Origin: Acidimicrobiia bacterium
Lineage (GTDB): Bacteria > Actinomycetota > Acidimicrobiia > Spongiisociales > ZC4RG35
DNA length: 64,000 nucleotides
Reading direction: 5' to 3'
Assembly (NCBI GenBank): GCA_965215185.1
Contig: OZ244034.1
Span: forward strand, 640,001 to 704,000
This document shows positions 62,083-64,000 of this stretch, one piece after another; position 1 is the stretch's first letter, and each line of letters starts with the position of its first letter. The translations under genes and the position numbers were made by a program. The notes beneath the pieces are model-generated. The model did not search any database, was not told the origin of the DNA, and saw nothing but the letters and a program-made list of their open reading frames with translations.

Positions 62083-63263
62083 TGATCGGAGGACGCCGCA
62101 TCCTATTGGCGGTGACCGGGGGAGTTGCAGCTTTCAAGGTGGCCACTCTGGCCAGAATGCTCATTGACAATCAGGCCGAGGTACGAGCCATGATGACCGC
62201 CCCCGCCCGCAAATTCCTGGGCGCCAACACGCTTGCGGCCATAACCGGCCGCCCGGTAATAACCGACCTTTTCGATGACGCCACCTCAGTCAGTCCCCAC
62301 ACCGAAGCGGCCGAGTGGGCAGACTTGGTGGTGGTGGTGCCGGCTACCGCCGCCTCCCTGGCCCGGCTGGCGCAGGGTCTTTCTTCCGATACCGTCACCG
62401 CTACCGTCTTGGCGGCAACCTGTACGGTGGCGGTTGCCCCAGCTATGCACTCCGCTATGTGGGAACATCCCGCCACCCGCCGCAACCTGGTGACCCTTCG
62501 GTCCGATGGGGTGGTGGTATTGGGTCCGGTCAGCGGGCGCCTGGCGGGGGGCGATCGCGGAGTGGGGAGGATGATGGAGCCCGAAGAAATATTCGCGGCT
62601 CTCGAGACCATGTGGGAGGCGCCGCTGCAAGGCGTTCGGGTGGTGGTCACGGCTGGGGGGACACGGGAAGCCATCGATCCGGTTCGCTTTCTCAGCAACC
62701 ACTCTTCGGGAAAGATGGGTCACGCGGTGGCTGCCGAGTCATCCAGAAGGGGAGCAGAGACCACCCTGGTCACCTGCTCGCGTCTTTCTTCCCCACCGGG
62801 GGTGAAGAGGATCGATGTGGTATCGGCTCATGACATGGCCGAGGCGGTGGGTTCCGTGGAGGCGGATGTGGCGGTGATGACCGCGGCAGTGGCCGACTTC
62901 CGTCCCAAGATTTCCCATAGCCAGAAGTTGTCCCGAGGAGAGGGCCTGGATGTCCTGGAATTGGAACCTACCCGGGACGTACTGGGCGAGGTGTTGCGGA
63001 GAAAGCCCCGGCCCCGAGTGGTGGTGGGATTCGCGGCGGAGACGGGGAGTCTGGACAGAGCGGTCGGAAAGGCTCGGAAAAAGGGTGTTGATCTGATGGT
63101 GGCCAACGATGTGACGGTACCCGGGTCGGGGTTCGAGTCCGACAACAACCAGGTCGCCCTTATCCGAAGAAACGGTGACCCTGAGTCCTGGCCGTTGCAA
63201 CCCAAAAGCCGGGTGGCGGCCCGACTATGGGATGAAATCACCGTCTTGCTGGAAGAGGACTGA
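62082..63263 (+). CDS. coaBC: Phosphopantothenoylcysteine decarboxylase/synthetase
   Basis: TGGVAAFK, PAMH..MW, TAGGTRE.IDPVRF.SN.SSGKMG, GFAAET. Confidence 0.96.
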   Translation: MIGGRRILLAVTGGVAAFKVATLARMLIDNQAEVRAMMTAPARKFLGANTLAAITGRPVITDLFDDATSVSPHTEAAEWADLVVVVPATAASLARLAQGLSSDTVTATVLAATCTVAVAPAMHSAMWEHPATRRNLVTLRSDGVVVLGPVSGRLAGGDRGVGRMMEPEEIFAALETMWEAPLQGVRVVVTAGGTREAIDPVRFLSNHSSGKMGHAVAAESSRRGAETTLVTCSRLSSPPGVKRIDVVSAHDMAEAVGSVEADVAVMTAAVADFRPKISHSQKLSRGEGLDVLELEPTRDVLGEVLRRKPRPRVVVGFAAETGSLDRAVGKARKKGVDLMVANDVTVPGSGFESDNNQVALIRRNGDPESWPLQPKSRVAARLWDEITVLLEED

Positions 63264-63278
63264 CGAAAGAGGTTGATC

Positions 63279-64000
63279 TTGAGTCCCAGAGTCTGGTCCT
63301 TCACTTCCGAATCGGTGGTTGGAGGGCATCCCGATAAGGTGGCCGACCTGATCGCCGATCGTATTCTCGATGCGGTAATGGAAGCCTTTCCCGGTTATCC
63401 ACGGCCCCGGGTCGCCTGCGAGGTGCTGGTAACCGGAAACCGGGTGATATTGGCCGGGGAGACGTCGCATCCCCTTGACGAGGATGCGATTGAAGCCACC
63501 ACCCGGCAAGCGATCGCCGACGCGGGATACGGGCCGGGCGACCCCGAATTCCCCTGCGACGCGGTGGAGATCACCAACCTCATCCAGTCACAATCTTCCG
63601 AAATAGCCCAGATGGTGGTGGAGGGAGAGGAAATCGGGGCGGGAGACCAGGGGATCATCTTCGGTTACGCATGCGATGAAACCGCTCCGCTCATGCCGCT
63701 TCCCATCCATTTGGCGCATGGGTTGGCGCGCCGACTGGCGCAGGTGCGGACCCTGGGGATCATCGACTATCTGCGTCCGGATGGCAAGACCCAGGTCACG
63801 GTGGAATACGAGGGCCGCAGACCCGTGAGGGTCAGCCAAGTCGTGGTGTCGGCTCATCACCGAAAGGGCGTCGACGTCAGCAGGCTGCGGGAGGATATCA
63901 CCCGGGAGGTGATCCGCCCGGTGATCGCACCTGATCTTTTGGAAGGCAAGCCCCTGTTCCTAATTAACCATTCGGGTCCCTTCACTGCGGGGGGTCCGGG
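63279..64000 (+). CDS. metK: S-adenosylmethionine synthetase (3' end outside window)
   Basis: TTG start; FTSESV..GHPDK, GAGDQG, LRPDGKTQVT. Confidence 0.95.
   Translation, partial: MSPRVWSFTSESVVGGHPDKVADLIADRILDAVMEAFPGYPRPRVACEVLVTGNRVILAGETSHPLDEDAIEATTRQAIADAGYGPGDPEFPCDAVEITNLIQSQSSEIAQMVVEGEEIGAGDQGIIFGYACDETAPLMPLPIHLAHGLARRLAQVRTLGIIDYLRPDGKTQVTVEYEGRRPVRVSQVVVSAHHRKGVDVSRLREDITREVIRPVIAPDLLEGKPLFLINHSGPFTAGGP

Overview
GC-rich actinobacterial chromosome segment, probably Acidimicrobiia-like. This is inferred from mIHF, an AdnAB-type helicase-nuclease pair, aceE and the alaS-ruvX-mltG-aroE-aroC-aroK-aroB-efp-nusB-car-pyrF-mihF-gmk-rpoZ-coaBC-metK backbone. From left to right the window holds: (1) a hydrolase/LLM/NMT1-type ABC uptake cluster; (2) a frameshifted TIGR01777 gene and a cupin; (3) an 8-gene membrane ABC-MoxR-DUF58-VWA operon followed by mug; (4) small accessory genes (RDD, lipoprotein, CDP-alcohol transferase, ADP-ribosylglycohydrolase, DUF3179); (5) xseAB, thioesterase, mogA, rmuC, xdhC, coxG and aceE; (6) a CCAEP-tail radical SAM gene; (7) a dense block of Fe-S 'staple' PD-(D/E)XK nuclease genes, including a tandem dead+active Cas4/RecB-like protein; (8) the conserved housekeeping run. 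The most striking signal is a coherent remodelling of the pyr/car locus: an in-frame NusB-CarA fusion where pyrR/B/C normally sit, CarB with an eroded UMP allosteric site, and an intact but catalytically stripped PyrF. Also notable are the tandem nuclease, the CCAEP radical SAM, probable CTG start codons and an inserted signal-less alpha-carbonic anhydrase. No rRNA, tRNA, CRISPR array, integrase or transposase was seen. All calls come from motif reading; no database searches were run.
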